DNA of 64,000 nucleotides from Strigamia acuminata (Eukaryota): NCBI GenBank assembly GCA_949358305.1, contig OX442314.1, positions 9,486,001 to 9,550,000 of the forward strand, read 5' to 3'. Shown piece by piece: positions 10,671 to 24,041 of this stretch (position 1 is its first letter; each line of letters starts with the position of its first letter). The notes under the pieces were generated by a model. It saw only the letters and a program-made list of their open reading frames with translations, ran no database searches and was not told where the DNA came from. The position numbers and the translations under genes were made by a program.

Positions 10671-11556
10671 TAAAAAGCATTAAGAACCGACCAAGCATGG
10701 ACACAAGTCGTAAAAAACATTCAAAACCGATTAAAATATGTGAAAATCGGTTAAAAATCGATAAAAATTGGTTAAAAACGATAAAAATCGGTTAAAAACG
10801 ATAAAAATCGGTTAAAAACGATAAAAATCGGCTAAAAACGATACAAAACGATTAAAAACGCTAAAAATCGGTTAAAATCGATAAAAATCGGTTAAAACGA
10901 TAAAAATCGGTTAAAAACGATAAAAATCGGTTAAAAACGATAAAAATTAATTGTGCTCGCCACAATTTTTCGAATAATAGTGGTTCTCTACCACTTTACA
11001 TAGCTTCATTATGACTTTTTTTGAGGACCTTGGAGATCCATACATCCAATTTAGAAAAGTTTCCTGGGATGTAGACGGTCTCAAATCTGTTTAGTTTTTA
11101 ATTTTATCTCATTCTGTTTACAAGTTATGAGAAATATTGTAAATAGTCACTTTTTAGAGTTTTTAATTTTTTTCTCTTTAACTATTCATTTTTTTTCAAA
11201 AAACTTTTAAGGAAATGATAGCTCTAACAATCCTTTAAATCCTCCTAAAACCATTTTTACTTGTGAAAAATAGTTTCTGAGAAATTTCCAAAAATAGAGT
11301 ATGCCATTTTTTGGCAAGGAGTTGTATTTTAATCATCAGCAACCAATTCACTTCAATTACTAATTCAAATACTCCGGATTAAACTTCATAGTGTCTCATG
11401 AAATCAAATAAATAGAATTAACAAAACACTATTCATATTTCATACATGCCCATTAAATGTAATTACTTCTCTCTCTCTCCACAAACACCGTACCGCGACT
11501 TCGGCATTCACATCCAGCAAACAAAATCTTCCGTTAACTTTCCTCTACCGTCAAAA

Positions 11557-14359
11557 ATGAAACGTTTAACCATCTTGTTCCTTATAATTCTGTGCTGCAT
11601 GCTTACCGGTAAGTCATTCAGGATGGTAAAAAAGTCTGTAACTCTACTAAATATTTCTGAAAGTGCTGACAATGCATCTAATCCAATGATGGTAAAGTAT
11701 TAAAGTTGGATGGGACAATTTTTTGGTGACCCAAAATTTGACCTTAGGATGTTCCATCAAGGTCGTTGGAAAATTATCTCAGAAACCGTTGTAGTGACCC
11801 TAGTAGTCACTAGTGAAGTAACAGAAAAAGTCTGGAAAATTATATTTTAGTTGAAGTTTTATATTTTTTATGCTTCCTGTCTACAGGCAAGAAAGCTAAG
11901 CAGAGTGGGAGGAAATGTGGGTGGTTGCCAGGGTAACCAGCCCACAAGCCTCCAAACAGGAAATGAGTCCTGAGAGGAGTGAGAACTCCTCAGTATGAAC
12001 TAAACTTTGCTTGAGAACACAACCACAAAAACCACCTGAACAAACCAGTATTTTTGTGATTCCTCAGTGAAGTCTACATATTCCTGTATCAACCAGTTGT
12101 TGATTTGGGAGTTTTCCTACTGCTGAAACCAGTCAGCAGCGGGATATTTCGGTCTTGCCGCACATTTCACGTGCAGTGGGATTTTCGCCTTGCCGTGGAG
12201 GAAATCCGGCTAGACGTTGCGAAGAGTCGCAAATACGTCGCCACGACGACGGAGTTGCGAAGACGTGAAGGAGTAGAAGTTACGGAAAGAGTCCGGTTGA
12301 CCCAGCAGATCGACGGGAGTCGATTTGTACCAGACGATTTCGAGAGAGAAGTTTGAGTGACGGAATAAGTCCGTTTCGCCGGAAAACGACGTACGGGAGA
12401 CAAGACGAATTTCGTGAGTGAAGAACCGAGGAACCGCGACGACTACGAGCTGTAATCGTCGCCAAAACGTCGGAAACGTCGAGATAACGTTTCCACGTCG
12501 ATTTGAAGTTATTTCATCGTTTCATCTATTATTTCCATTCTCATTCAATTTATCTGTATAATTTCTATCATTGTAATTCTTCTTACAGTTATTCTAAGTC
12601 AGAATAAAGAATTGTAAGTTTTAATAGAAGTAGTAATAATTTTGGATAAGTCTAGTCATAGCATTAGTGAGTGTTGGAATTATTCTTTATTAATTTAAGG
12701 AATAAATCAGGCTCATTACACCGTTAGAGATAGACAGAAATTTCCAATTGTAAACTTGTAGAGCAACATTTATATTTTGTACTAAAAAATTTTAAGAAAA
12801 TCGCAATTTTCTAAAGAAGACACAAGTTTATCTTTAAAGTGTACAGCACACCTGTAAATTAGTCTTGAAAATACATTACCCATAACTATAGTCTGCGCAC
12901 GGTATCTTGATGCTAAATTCGTACTGCGCATCTCATTCTGCACAGACAATTTTCTAATTCCAGTCGTTATTTTGCAGTATTAAGCCGATAATTAGGCCTA
13001 ATAATACTAATTTAAAGTAAATAAACAACGGTATTTTGGAATGGCATTTTGGTATGGTATTTTGGTATGGCATTTTGGTACGGTATTTTGGTACGGTATT
13101 TTGGTACGGTATTTTGGTACAGTATTTTGGTACGGTATTTTGGTATTTTGGTATGGTATTTTAGTACCATTTGTACCAAATATGTTTTGGTACCATTGGT
13201 ACCAAGGCCTAATAATCCTAAAATAAAGTAAATAAACAACGGTATTATGGTATTTTTGTATCATTGGTACCAAATATATTTTCGTACTATTGGTACCAAA
13301 TATATTTTGGTACCATTGGTACCACAATACCATACCAAAATACCGTACCAAAATACCGTACCAAAATACCAAAATACCGTATCAAAATACCAAAATACCG
13401 TACCAAAATACCAAAATACCGTACCAAAATACCAAAATACCGTACCAAAATACCAAAATACCGTACCAAAATACCAAAATATATTTGGTACCAATGGTAC
13501 AAAAATACCAAATTAAAATACCAAAATACCGTTGTTTATTTACTTTATTTTAGGATTATTAGGCCTTGGTACCATTGGTACCAAAACATATTTGGTACCA
13601 ATGATACAAAAATACCAAATCAAAATACCAAAATACCGTTGTTTATTTACTTTATTTTAGGATTATTAGGCCTTGGTACCATTGGTACCAAAACATATTT
13701 GGGACCAATGGTACCAAAACATATTTGGTACCAATGGTACCAAAACATATTTGGTACCAATGGTACCAAAACATATTTGGTACAAATGGTACTAAAATAT
13801 CATATCAAAATACCAAAATACCGTACCAAAATACCATATCAAAATGTCATACCAAAATGCCATACCAAAATACTGTTGTTTATTTACTTTACTTTAGGAA
13901 TATTAGGCCTAATAATAGGCTTAATGGTAATATTGCAAAATAACAACTGGAATTAGCAAATCGTCTGCGCAGAATGGAATGCGCAGTACGAATTTAGCAT
14001 CAAGATACCGTGCGCAGACTATAGAAAAGATATCAATTGTCAGTTTATCTTAATAAGTTCCTTGCTTTGAGTACAGAGGTACAGACTAAATTACAGGTGT
14101 GCTGTACACTTTAATTCATTACTGAGCATTGAATTATTTACTCTTATTAGCAGTGACGGCTTATATAAAAAAGGGCTGTCAGTTGAAAATTTGCAAAACG
14201 TATTGCGGCGCGTTAAAGAGGGGCATTTGGGCGAAGTGTAACGACCAAGGTGCCTGCACGTGCGACAGACCATGCGGAAACAGCCCAAAAAGAACGAAGT
14301 GTGCAGAGACGACCGTGGCGGCATCACCTCCACCGTCACCTTCACCGTTGGAAAAGTAA
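11557..14359 (+). CDS. Secreted 8-Cys defensin/toxin-like peptide, copy 3 (86 aa), with a TE-expanded intron
   Basis: Exons 11557-11608 and 14151-14359: MKRLTILFLIILCCMLTAVTAYIKKGCQLKICKTYCGALKRGIWAKCNDQGACTCDRPCGNSPKRTKCAETTVAASPPPSPSPLEK. With its two insertions removed, the intron aligns with the copy 4 intron. Confidence 0.82.
11790..12720 (+). mobile_element. Solo LTR (Gypsy type, related to the LTR at 47613)
   Basis: TGTAGTGACCC...CTCATTACA flanked by 4-bp TSD CCGT; the empty site gaaaccgttagagata is at about 16045 in the paralog. Confidence 0.92.
12889..14021. mobile_element. Foldback-type MITE with TA TSD and internal 13-bp tandem repeats
   Basis: TIR TAGTCTGCGCACGGTATCTTGATGCTAAATTCGTACTGCGCA, continuing imperfectly for over 150 bp; internal (ccaaaataccgta)n in both orientations; empty site at about 16250-16265. 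Confidence 0.88.
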
Positions 14360-14782
14360 AAATGGAAACGATTTAAAAAATCATTAAAAATACGTTCTAG
14401 ATGAAATAAAATTTAAAAAATGATTACGGAGTTTGATTCATTTACTTTGTGCCACAACGTTGTTGGAATCTGTGGATTGTGGAGTACAAGGATGAGAAAC
14501 AATCTATTCACTGCCCGTGGTGGAAAAGTCGCCATCTCTGAGGCTTTTTTGTCACTAGTTCAGATGTTTGCCATGGGGTTGCAACGATCGTGCGGGATAT
14601 TTCATGTGCATTAAGTTGTCATCTGCGATGTACAGAGAACATCGATTATTCGAACTGGATTAAAATCATAGAAATTTTGAAAAAAATGTACTCTGTATTA
14701 AATTCACAGAATTTTTAGAAAAAAAAACGATTAAGACATTTTGCCTTGTTGACATAAGTCGGTGTCGACAAAGCAGGTTTTT

Positions 14783-15285
14783 TTCGGACAAATTTCACCA
14801 AATTTCAGACAAATTTCACCAAATTTCGGACAAATTTCGTGAAATCTCAACAAATCTCTTTAAATTTCGGACAAATTTCGTTAAATCTCAACAAACCTCT
14901 TTAAATTTCGGACAAATTTCGCCAAATTTCGGACATATTTCGCCAAATTTCGGACAAATTTCACCAAATTTCGGACAAATTTCGCCAAATTTCGGACAAA
15001 TTTCGGACAAATTTCGCCAAATTTCGGACAAATTTCGCCAAATTTCGGACAAATTTCGCCTAATTTCGGACAAATTTCGCCAAATTTCAGACAAATTTCA
15101 CCAAATTTCGGACAAATTTCACCAAATCCCAACAAATTTCACCAAATCCCAACAAATTTCACCAAATCCCAACAAATTTCACCAAATCCCAACAAATTTC
15201 ACCAAATCCCAACAAATTTCACCAAATCCCAACAAATTTCACCAAATTTCGGACAAATTTCGTCAAACCTCAACAAATTTCACCA
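14783..15285. repeat. 21-bp minisatellite (ggacaaatttcgccaaatttc and variants)
   Basis: Direct tandem array; accounts for the repetitive ORFs at 14881-15135. Confidence 0.95.
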
Positions 15286-15819
15286 AAAAATCGTATTCAA
15301 ATATTAAAATTTATAGTCTACATGAAATCAACGGGACGGAATTAACCAAACTCTATTCATATTTCATACATATTAAATTAAACCTCTCAATCTACACACC
15401 TTTTACACAACGCGCATTAAAGACAATCTTTAATTTTTCCCCGCTCTTTATTAAAGACCCGCGGTCTAGTGGGGGACCCGTGCACCAAAAAACAAACACA
15501 ATTTAAATCTTTAATAACGATGTACTAAATCCGGTTTCGAAGAAAATAGACATCAAACATGCTTTTACTGTAGCTATTTAACATGTATTTTAACAGTCAG
15601 CAATCAATTCATTTCAAAGATTAACTCAAATATTAAACCTTACAGTGTCTCATAAAATCAATTGAATAAAAACAACTAAACTCTATTCATATTTCATACA
15701 TGCCCATTAAATTATGTAAAATGTAATTACTTCTCACTCTATCCACAAATACCGTACCGCAACTACGGCATTCACATCCAGCAAGCAGAATCTTCATCAA
15801 CCTTTTTCTACCGTCAAAA

Positions 15820-16585
15820 ATGAAACGTTTAACCATCTTGTTCCTTGTAATTCTGTGCTGCACGCTTACCGGTAAGTCATCCACGGTGGTAAAAAAGTCT
15901 GTAACTCTACTAAATATTTCTGAAAGTGCCGACAATGCATCTAATCCAATGACGGTAAAGTATTAAAGTTGAATGGGGCAATTTTTTGGTAACCCAAAAT
16001 TTGACCTTGGGATGTTCCATCAAGGTCGTTGGAAAATTATCTCGGAAACCGTTAGAGATAGACAGAAATTTCCAATTGTAAACTTGTAGAGCAACATTTA
16101 TTCAGTCTAAAAATGACTACTCCTCAAATCTTTTGTACTAAAAATTTTTAAGAAAATCGCAATTTTCTAAAGTTAACACAAGTTTATCATTAAAGTGTAG
16201 AGCACACCTGTAAATTAGTCTGAAGACATTTATTTCTTGAGAATACATTACCTATAACCAGAAAAGATATCAATTGTCAGTTTAACTGACTTAATAAGTT
16301 CCTTGCTTTCAGTACAGAGGTACAGACTAAGTTACAGGTGTGCTGTACTTGTACACTTTAATTCATTACTGAGCATTGAATTATTTACTCTTATTAGCAC
16401 AGTTGAAAAGAAAAAACAAGGGCTGTGAGATTAATGTTTGCAAAGCGGCTTGCGGCGTGATAAAGAGGGCCATGTGGGCGAAATGTAACGAAAAAAATGC
16501 CTGCACGTGCAACGACCCATGCCCAAAAGGAACGAAGTGTCCAGAGACGACCGTGGCGCCATCACCTCCACCGTCGGAGAAGTAA
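15820..16585 (+). CDS. Secreted 8-Cys defensin/toxin-like peptide, copy 4 (79 aa)
   Basis: Exons 15820-15871 and 16398-16585: MKRLTILFLVILCCTLTAQLKRKNKGCEINVCKAACGVIKRAMWAKCNEKNACTCNDPCPKGTKCPETTVAPSPPPSEK. Confidence 0.85.
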
Positions 16586-16984
16586 AAATGGAAACGATTT
16601 GAAAAATCAATGAAAAAATGTAATAGATAAAATGAAATATAAAAATGATTACGAAATTAGTTTTCACGTTTGATTCATTTAATTTGTGCCACAACGTTAT
16701 TGGCATTTACGAGGGTGAGAAACAACTTATTTCCGTCGTGTGGTGGATAAGAGAAAGACGGGTGACTACTCGGAGCCGGCTTTTCTGTTACTAGTTCAAA
16801 TGTTTGCCACGGGGCCTCAAAGCTTTGAGATTTGCGATATGTTGAGATATGTTGCGATTTGCGATATATTTCTTCCAAATCGATTGGTATTTGACAAATT
16901 TTGGAAAAATCGATTAATATCATTGAAATTTAGGAAAAAAATCATAAAAACTGTAAAAAAAATTTAGATTTAAATTATGCTAAT

Positions 16985-17790
16985 TTTGGAAAAAATCGAT
17001 TAAAACCTTACGGATTTTGGAAAAAATCGATTAAAACCTTACGGATTTTGGAAAAAAACGATTAAAACTTTACGGATTTTGGAAAAAATCGATTAAAACC
17101 TTACGGATTTTAGAAAAAATCGATTGAAACTTTACGGATTTTGGAAAAAATCGATTAAAACCTTACGGATTTTAGAAAAAATCGATTGAAACTTTACGGA
17201 TTTTGGAAAAAATCGATTAAAACCTTACGGATTTTGGAAAAAATCGATTAAAACCTTACGGATTTTGGAAAAAATCGATTAAAACTTTACGGATTTTGGG
17301 AAAAATCGATTAAAACCTTACGAATTTTGGAAAAAATCGATTAAAACCTTACAGATTTTGGAAAAAATCGATTAAAACCTTACGGATTTTAGAAAAAATC
17401 GATTAAAACCTTACGTATTTTGGAAAAAATCGATAAATCATACAATCTTTAAAAAAATTGAATAAAATCATAAAAAATCGAATAAAATCATAAAAAATCG
17501 AATAATATCATAAAAAATCGAATAATATCATAAAAAATCGAATAAAATCTTAAAAAATCGAATAAAATTATACAAAAATTGAATAAAATCATAAAAAATT
17601 GAATAAAATCATAAAAAATCGAATGAATTCATAAAAAATCAAATGAAATCATAAAAAATCAAATGAAATCATAAAATATCGCAAAAGATCATAAAAAAAA
17701 TGCAAAAAAAATCGAATAAAATAATAAAAACAGCAAAAAATCGATTAAAATCAAAAAACTGAAAAAAAACCAATCAAAATCATAAAATCG
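16985..17790. repeat. 31-bp followed by 20-bp minisatellites
   Basis: (ttttggaaaaaatcgattaaaaccttacgga)n then (aataaaatcataaaaaatcg)n. Confidence 0.93.
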
Positions 17791-18719
17791 ATTAAATTTA
17801 CTGCAATATTGCGATATTGCGAGACACCACTACATTGCAATACATCGCAGTTTCTGCCAATTAAACACAAACACCACATCGCATTCATTTTCACTGCAAC
17901 AATAATCGCACAAAACCTACTTAAACACACACACAAACATATCAAACAGAAATCTGACCCTGCCCAAACCCAGTCTGCTTTATTACCAATTCTACAATCC
18001 CATTATAATTAACCCTCAACTCCACACCCCCAAAAATTCATTCTTACATTTAATGAACCCCACAACCATCATCCCCCTTACAAAAAACCACTCGACGTAA
18101 CCCTAAATATGACGTATGATTTATGCGTATTGTGTTGTTGTTTATAATCATCCATTGTTGTCATAACTTCCGTTAATTAATCTCGAGCAAGAGGGCTCAT
18201 TTTTTGTGAGGTCACTTCCGGAAGTTGAGTGTTGATGCTCGTAAACAAAACAAAACAAAACAAAAAGCACGAGTTAATTACGCCTCGTGTTGGTCACTGC
18301 GCAACACCGGAAGGAAGATAAAAAGGATGCGGAGGCTGCGGATGAAAATGGGGTCGTGAGATAAATGATCATTTTGCTTGCAAAACAATGGCGGGCGAAG
18401 GAAAAAAATCAAAAAAGAGAGAGACAGAGATTTAAATATGTAAAACTTGTGGGGAAAAGATGGCGGAGGGGTTTTTAAATCATAAATTGAGGGTTTAGAA
18501 AGTTGGAAATACCTTTTTGATGAGTGGAAAAAATGTGCGATAAACAAATGTGTTGGTTGTTTTTTGGGGAAAGAAGAGATCAAACAGATGTGGAAAGCAC
18601 ATCAGGTGACATCAATCAATGTCAAATTAGATTCAAATCATTTAACTCTTTCAAACCCGGAGTTTCGCGGTTTGGAATAAGTTGGACGGGAGATGGATCG
18701 GATGCGGCGGAGTTGAGGG

Positions 18720-19385
18720 AGGTTAGTGCGGCCGAGACCGAGCACGATCGCCCGTGGAATTTTGTTTGGTGTTTTTTCTTTCGTTTTTTAATAAAATTTT
18801 GTAACGGAATAATAAAAATGATGCCAAAATTAAGGAAATAGAAGCAAAATCCCCTCAAATTTAATTAAGTTTAATTAATTTTTTTAACCGTATAAATTTG
18901 TACGGAAGCACAAAATCTACTGCCGCGTCGAGTGAGCTTTGCGCGGCCAAGACGAACCAAGATCGCCGTACAATTTTATTTGGTGGTTTTTCTCGTTTTT
19001 AAATAAAATTTGTAACGAAATAATAAAAATGTTGCCATTTTAAAGGAATAGAAGCAAAATCCACACAAAATAATCGATAATTTAATTTATTTTTTTTAAC
19101 GATATAAATTTGTACGGAAGCACAAAATCTGCTGCCGCGTCGAGTGAGCTTTGCGCGGCCAAGACGAATCACGATCGCCGTACAAATCTTTCCGTACTTT
19201 TTCTCGATTTTCTACAAAATTGTTAAAATTAATAAAAACCTCACCAAAATTAAATCATATAAAAACCAAAAAAAAAAAACAATTTATATAATTTTTTAAT
19301 TTTACTTAAAAAAACCGACAAATAAATTTAAACGGAAACACAAAATCCTCAGCCGCATCAAACGCACCACGCACGGCCAACCTCA
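18720..19385. repeat. About 213-bp tandem repeat, about 3 diverged copies
   Basis: Recurring core gccgcgtcgagtgagctttgcgcggccaagacgaa..gatcgccgtac at about 18922 and 19133, with degenerate copies at about 18725 and 19350. Confidence 0.8.
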
Positions 19386-20689
19386 CTGCCAACCCCCGTC
19401 CAAATCACAAAAGAAACCCCATCCCCGTCACGGGCATCGAAAACTGAAACAACCCACGGGCGTGTGGACGTGCATGTCGAATCCAAACTCTCGCGTCGCG
19501 GGACTATGAATGGAGCCTCATTTGAGAGCCCCCAGCTCGCATTTAACGCCTCGCTTCGTTACCATGGCAATTCCCACTTTCCCCACGTTGAATAACTCTT
19601 AATTGGGAGCGCCGTAATTACGTCACAAGTGCGTGACGTAATTTGCGGTGAAAACGTGACGAGTGTCAATCTCCATTTCCCCCGTGCGCCCGTGACGGGC
19701 CACCGCACATTTGTCAACAATCCCATCCCCATCTGTCACATCCCATTGTTTACGACCAATCCGGCCGCCATCTTTCAACTTCCGGTCTATCGACCGGCGC
19801 GCCGCCCCGCGTGCATTTTACACTCGGCTGCAGCTGGAGCCTGACCGGCTTTTACGCAGATGAGTCGGGACATTAATACGTCGTCTAAGGGCCCCCAAAT
19901 GGGCACGCATGCGCCATTTTGGCTTTTTAGTGCAAACAAACATGCACTTGTCGTCTTTATTCGGCGGAATAAACTGCGCAGCCGCGTTGTTTCCGAGTCG
20001 CGTAAAATGTTTTAGTGAGTCGCCACCAGAGGGGGGTCAGCGGCGAAGTTGTAAGGTTAAGCGCCGTGGATTATGAGTGGTCGCAAATGCGCGCAGTTAA
20101 AATTTTCTGCTTGAAAATGGCGGAGGAATACAATAAACTTTTGCTCTGAGGTCATCGCGGGGACAAAGGTGGTGGGGGGGATTGGGGGGGATCGCTGCGT
20201 TTGGGGGATTTATATTTATGGTTTGCATCTCCATATTGAAATATGGCCGGACATTAAGTGTAATTTTTAATAGGTCAATGGATTTCTGGGAAATTTCACG
20301 AGCTAAACGACGTCCGGTTCGAAATATTCTCACTAGGTGGTACACGTACGGGAGAAGATCATGCAAACGATGGTCGTTAATTTTGCTGAGGTTATTTCCA
20401 TTCGGGAAGTTGAGCGGAACAAGTTTTGAGTGTTCGTAAACTTTGTCTTCGCTAGAACGTGTTATCCTTGTTATTGTCGGGCCAAACTTGATGGGTTGTT
20501 GTGCATATTTTGGTAGACCAAAAAGTTGGTCGATGTCCAGCCCCATTATGTCATTTAACGTACTCTCTCCGTTTTATGTCCGTACAAATACATCCAGATT
20601 AAAGAAAAAGCAGCAGTTTTGTATTAGGAGTCCCAAAAAGCACTTGTGGAGCCCTTTCTTTATTTTATTCGAGTTTGTTGGATTTTAAG

Positions 20690-21395
20690 TGAAATTAATG
20701 GATTTTATGTGAAATTGATAAATTTTGTGTAAATTTAGTGGATTTTATAAAAATTTACTAGATTTTATGTAAATTTAGTGGATTTTATGTAAATTTAGCG
20801 GATTTTATGTAAATTTAGTGGATTTTATGGAAATTTAGTGGATTTTATGTAAATTTAGTGGATTTTATGTAAATTTAGTGGATTTTATGTAAATTTAGTG
20901 GATTTTATGTAAATTTAGTGGATTTTATGTAAATTAAATATATTTTATGTGAATCTGATGGATTTGAAAGATTTCATCTTATTTTGGTAGAACTGATGTG
21001 ATTTTAGTGGATTTCATGTGATTTTTACTGGATTTCATGTGATTATGGTGAATTTCATGTGATTTTACTGAATTTCATGTGATTTTACTGAATTTCATGT
21101 GATTTTACTGGATTTTATGTGATTTTACTAGATTTTATGTGATTTTACTGGATTTTATGTAATTTTGGTGGATTTAGTGTGATTTTGGTGGATTTAGTGT
21201 GATTTTCGTAGATTTTATGTGATTTTACTGGATTTCATGTGATTTTACTGGATTGTATGTGATTTTACTGGATTTTGTAATTTTACTTGATTACATGTGA
21301 TTTTACTGAATTTCATGTGATTTTACTGAATGTCATGTGATTTTACTGGAATTCACGCGATTTTGGTTGATTTAATGTGATTTTTATGGATTTTC
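20690..21395. repeat. 20-bp minisatellite (gattttatgtaaatttagtg / gattttactgaatttcatgt)
   Basis: Direct tandem array. Confidence 0.93.
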
Positions 21396-23481
21396 TGTTG
21401 ATTTGGTGCAGTTTCTTTTCCATTTGTTTTTATCTCACAATCTCTATTCAACGTTTTTAATTGATATACCCAACCCCAATTTCTCGCTCGGCTAATTCCC
21501 CGCTTGGTTAACCGCCGCACTTTTTCCTCCAAAACGAAACCCAACTCCCAAAACACACTTACCTCCATCACCAATAACTTCACCACCTGTGTGAACCAAA
21601 TCCTCTTCCTCATTTGACTCATTGTTTCAATCCCAATTCCCAACCTAATAAAAAACAAAAACAAAAAATCTAAAATAAAAAAAATAAAAAAAACATGGGA
21701 AAATAAACACAACAAATACCAAAATCTTTCCTCACCTTTGTCCTCCCACAAAATGGCCACTTGTGGCACGTGCGCACAGGAAGACGAAACCATCCAAAAA
21801 TACCTAAAAACAGACACCAATCTTTATCACTATTACCACATACTTCCTCATACGTCAGGTCGATTTTTTCAACTCCATTCGTCCGTGTCTCAACCAGGTG
21901 TTGCTCAGTCAAGTGCCAAAACGAAGGAAATTAGCTCCCACTCCATTCAATCCGCCATTTTTCCTTTTCTTTTCTTCTTTATTGTCAATCTGCGGAATCG
22001 TTCAGGTGGAAATTGCACCTGCATTTGTCATTTCATCGTTTTTGACATTTTACGTTCGATTCGCGCTCGGTTGGGAATTAATAATGGCGATTTAGAAAAA
22101 CGAATTACTCGAGTGATTCATTTTTCTAATGGCGCCGTGATTCGTTTTGTGAGAGCGACCTCGAGCGGAGACTTTTGAAAACTCGTTCTATCTCTCGTCA
22201 TGACATTTCCGCAGCGAGATGACTCTTTTCCGCTCTCCGAACGTGGGAATTCTTCATCTCTCTGTCTACATCTCATCTCGACTCGAGACGATCGCCTTCG
22301 CATCCCATTTCCTCTTGCACCCGCGAATTTCACTCGGCTTTGTCATCCTCGAAAATGGCGGTGAAATTGGAGCGTGAATTTTTTTCCAGTTCACTTGTGC
22401 AATTATATAAATATAAAAATGTACAAAAATGTATAAAATTTTCATTAAAAATTTTTTTTAGATTTTATTTATTTTATTTTATTGATTTTGTTTATATTTT
22501 GTTTTGAATAAAATAAAATAAAATATTTAAAATCGACGGTTGGAGAGTGAGTTTTGGTTTTGCCGCACGGTGGCGATAGCAGCTGGCGCCATTTTGTTCG
22601 CTTGATGAAATATTGATACATTTGAAATGCATTTCTCTCTTTATATTGTAAATATTTATCTTGGAAGGAGTAGTCTTTTAATCATCACTGGTCTGAATAA
22701 AAGCATCGTATATTATTTCGTGTTGAAATATTGTTATTTTGAAAATATGAGGGTAATTTAAAGGCGAGCATTGCAATATGCAAAGTACGCTAAATTCGCA
22801 CATAAATCCTCATGTAAATGGACAGTGGACTGCGAGATGCAAATAAATGCAATAAATTAAAACCAGAGTGCTCTCTCAAATTACATTTTAAAATAAAACA
22901 AAATAAAAAAAAATAAAAATAAAAACACTCTTTAATCAAATAATATATATATTTTTTTAAATTTAAAAAAAAAAATTAAAATCAATTTTAGTTTTTAGAA
23001 TTTTAAATTTAATTTCCACAATTGCTAACTAAAACTAAATTTAAATAAACATTAATTAACATTTAGTTTGACTTTAAAGCGACCCATCGTGACAAAACTG
23101 TAAACCAAACCTACATATCCTCCAACACCAAAAACCAAAAACTTTCAAAAATATACAAACAAAACAAACTAAATTTCATGAAACAAATTATAATTATAAT
23201 CTCAATAATTTTAAATAAATTAAATAAATTAACTACTTTTAAATTTATTAAAAAAAAATTAAACCTTCTCATCCACTTCGAGAGTATCCCGCCCAAATAG
23301 CCTTGTACTTGTCCAGCTAACTGCGTTTGAACAACACCCGACACTCACTGACGATAAAAACCAACGTTACGACTGTTCAAACGACTTTCTACCGTAAATT
23401 CCCAACCACACAACCCAAGTAAGCATCCCCAACGACCATTTATCCAAAAATCTCTAACATATCGTTTCAAATTTCCAGAAA

Positions 23482-23812
23482 ATGTCGTCCACATCGCAAA
23501 AACACCGAAATTTCGTGGCCGAACCGATGGGCGAAAAACCCGTGACCGATCTCGCCGGCATCGGCGAAGTGTTGGGCAAACGATTGGAGTCCAAGGGATT
23601 CGATAAGGTGGAGTTTGAGTTGCATTTACGCGTCGTTTTTATTGATTTTTGTTCGTTATTTTTAGGCTTACGTCGTGTTGGGCCAATATTTAGTGTTGAA
23701 AAGAAGTAAGGAACTTTTTGTCGATTGGTTGAAGGACACTTCCGGTGCGAATGCGGGACAGGCCGGAAATTGTTACCAATGTCTCAACGATTGGTGCGAC
23801 GAGTTTCTTTAG
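23482..23812 (+). CDS. BANF1: Barrier-to-autointegration factor (90 aa)
   Basis: Exons 23482-23607 and 23666-23812: [90 protein letters not shown]. Probable 5'UTR intron 23419-23478. Confidence 0.97.
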
Positions 23813-24041
23813 TTTCTGTGCGCCTTTTTAAACCGATGTTCTTGTAATTTCATTTCGTTTTAGTGGATTTTTAATTTAATTTTGATTGTGTTGCTTTTGT
23901 GCTGAAGGAAATTGAGTAAAGTGATTTTTTTATCAAGGATTTTTGTTAGTTTTTTTTATTTTTATTTTATTTTTTTACATTTGTGAAATAAATCTGGAGA
24001 ATAAAATGATTGTATATATTGTATAAGTTGATTTTCTGTTG

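Noticed and set aside
13007..13956. Many repetitive ORFs (YQNTVPK / VFWYFGT)
   Set aside because: Translations of tandem repeats inside a MITE with TIRs and a known empty site.
14881..15135. ORF of repeated FGEICPK units
   Set aside because: Translation of a 21-bp minisatellite.
20097..20546. 149-aa ORF, and similar ORFs at 21353-22178
   Set aside because: No recognisable motifs or coherent exon structure; treated as chance ORFs.
23482..23812. Functional link between BAF and the neighbouring retrotransposons
   Set aside because: BAF is an ordinary intron-containing host gene outside any element; proximity is expected in TE-rich DNA.
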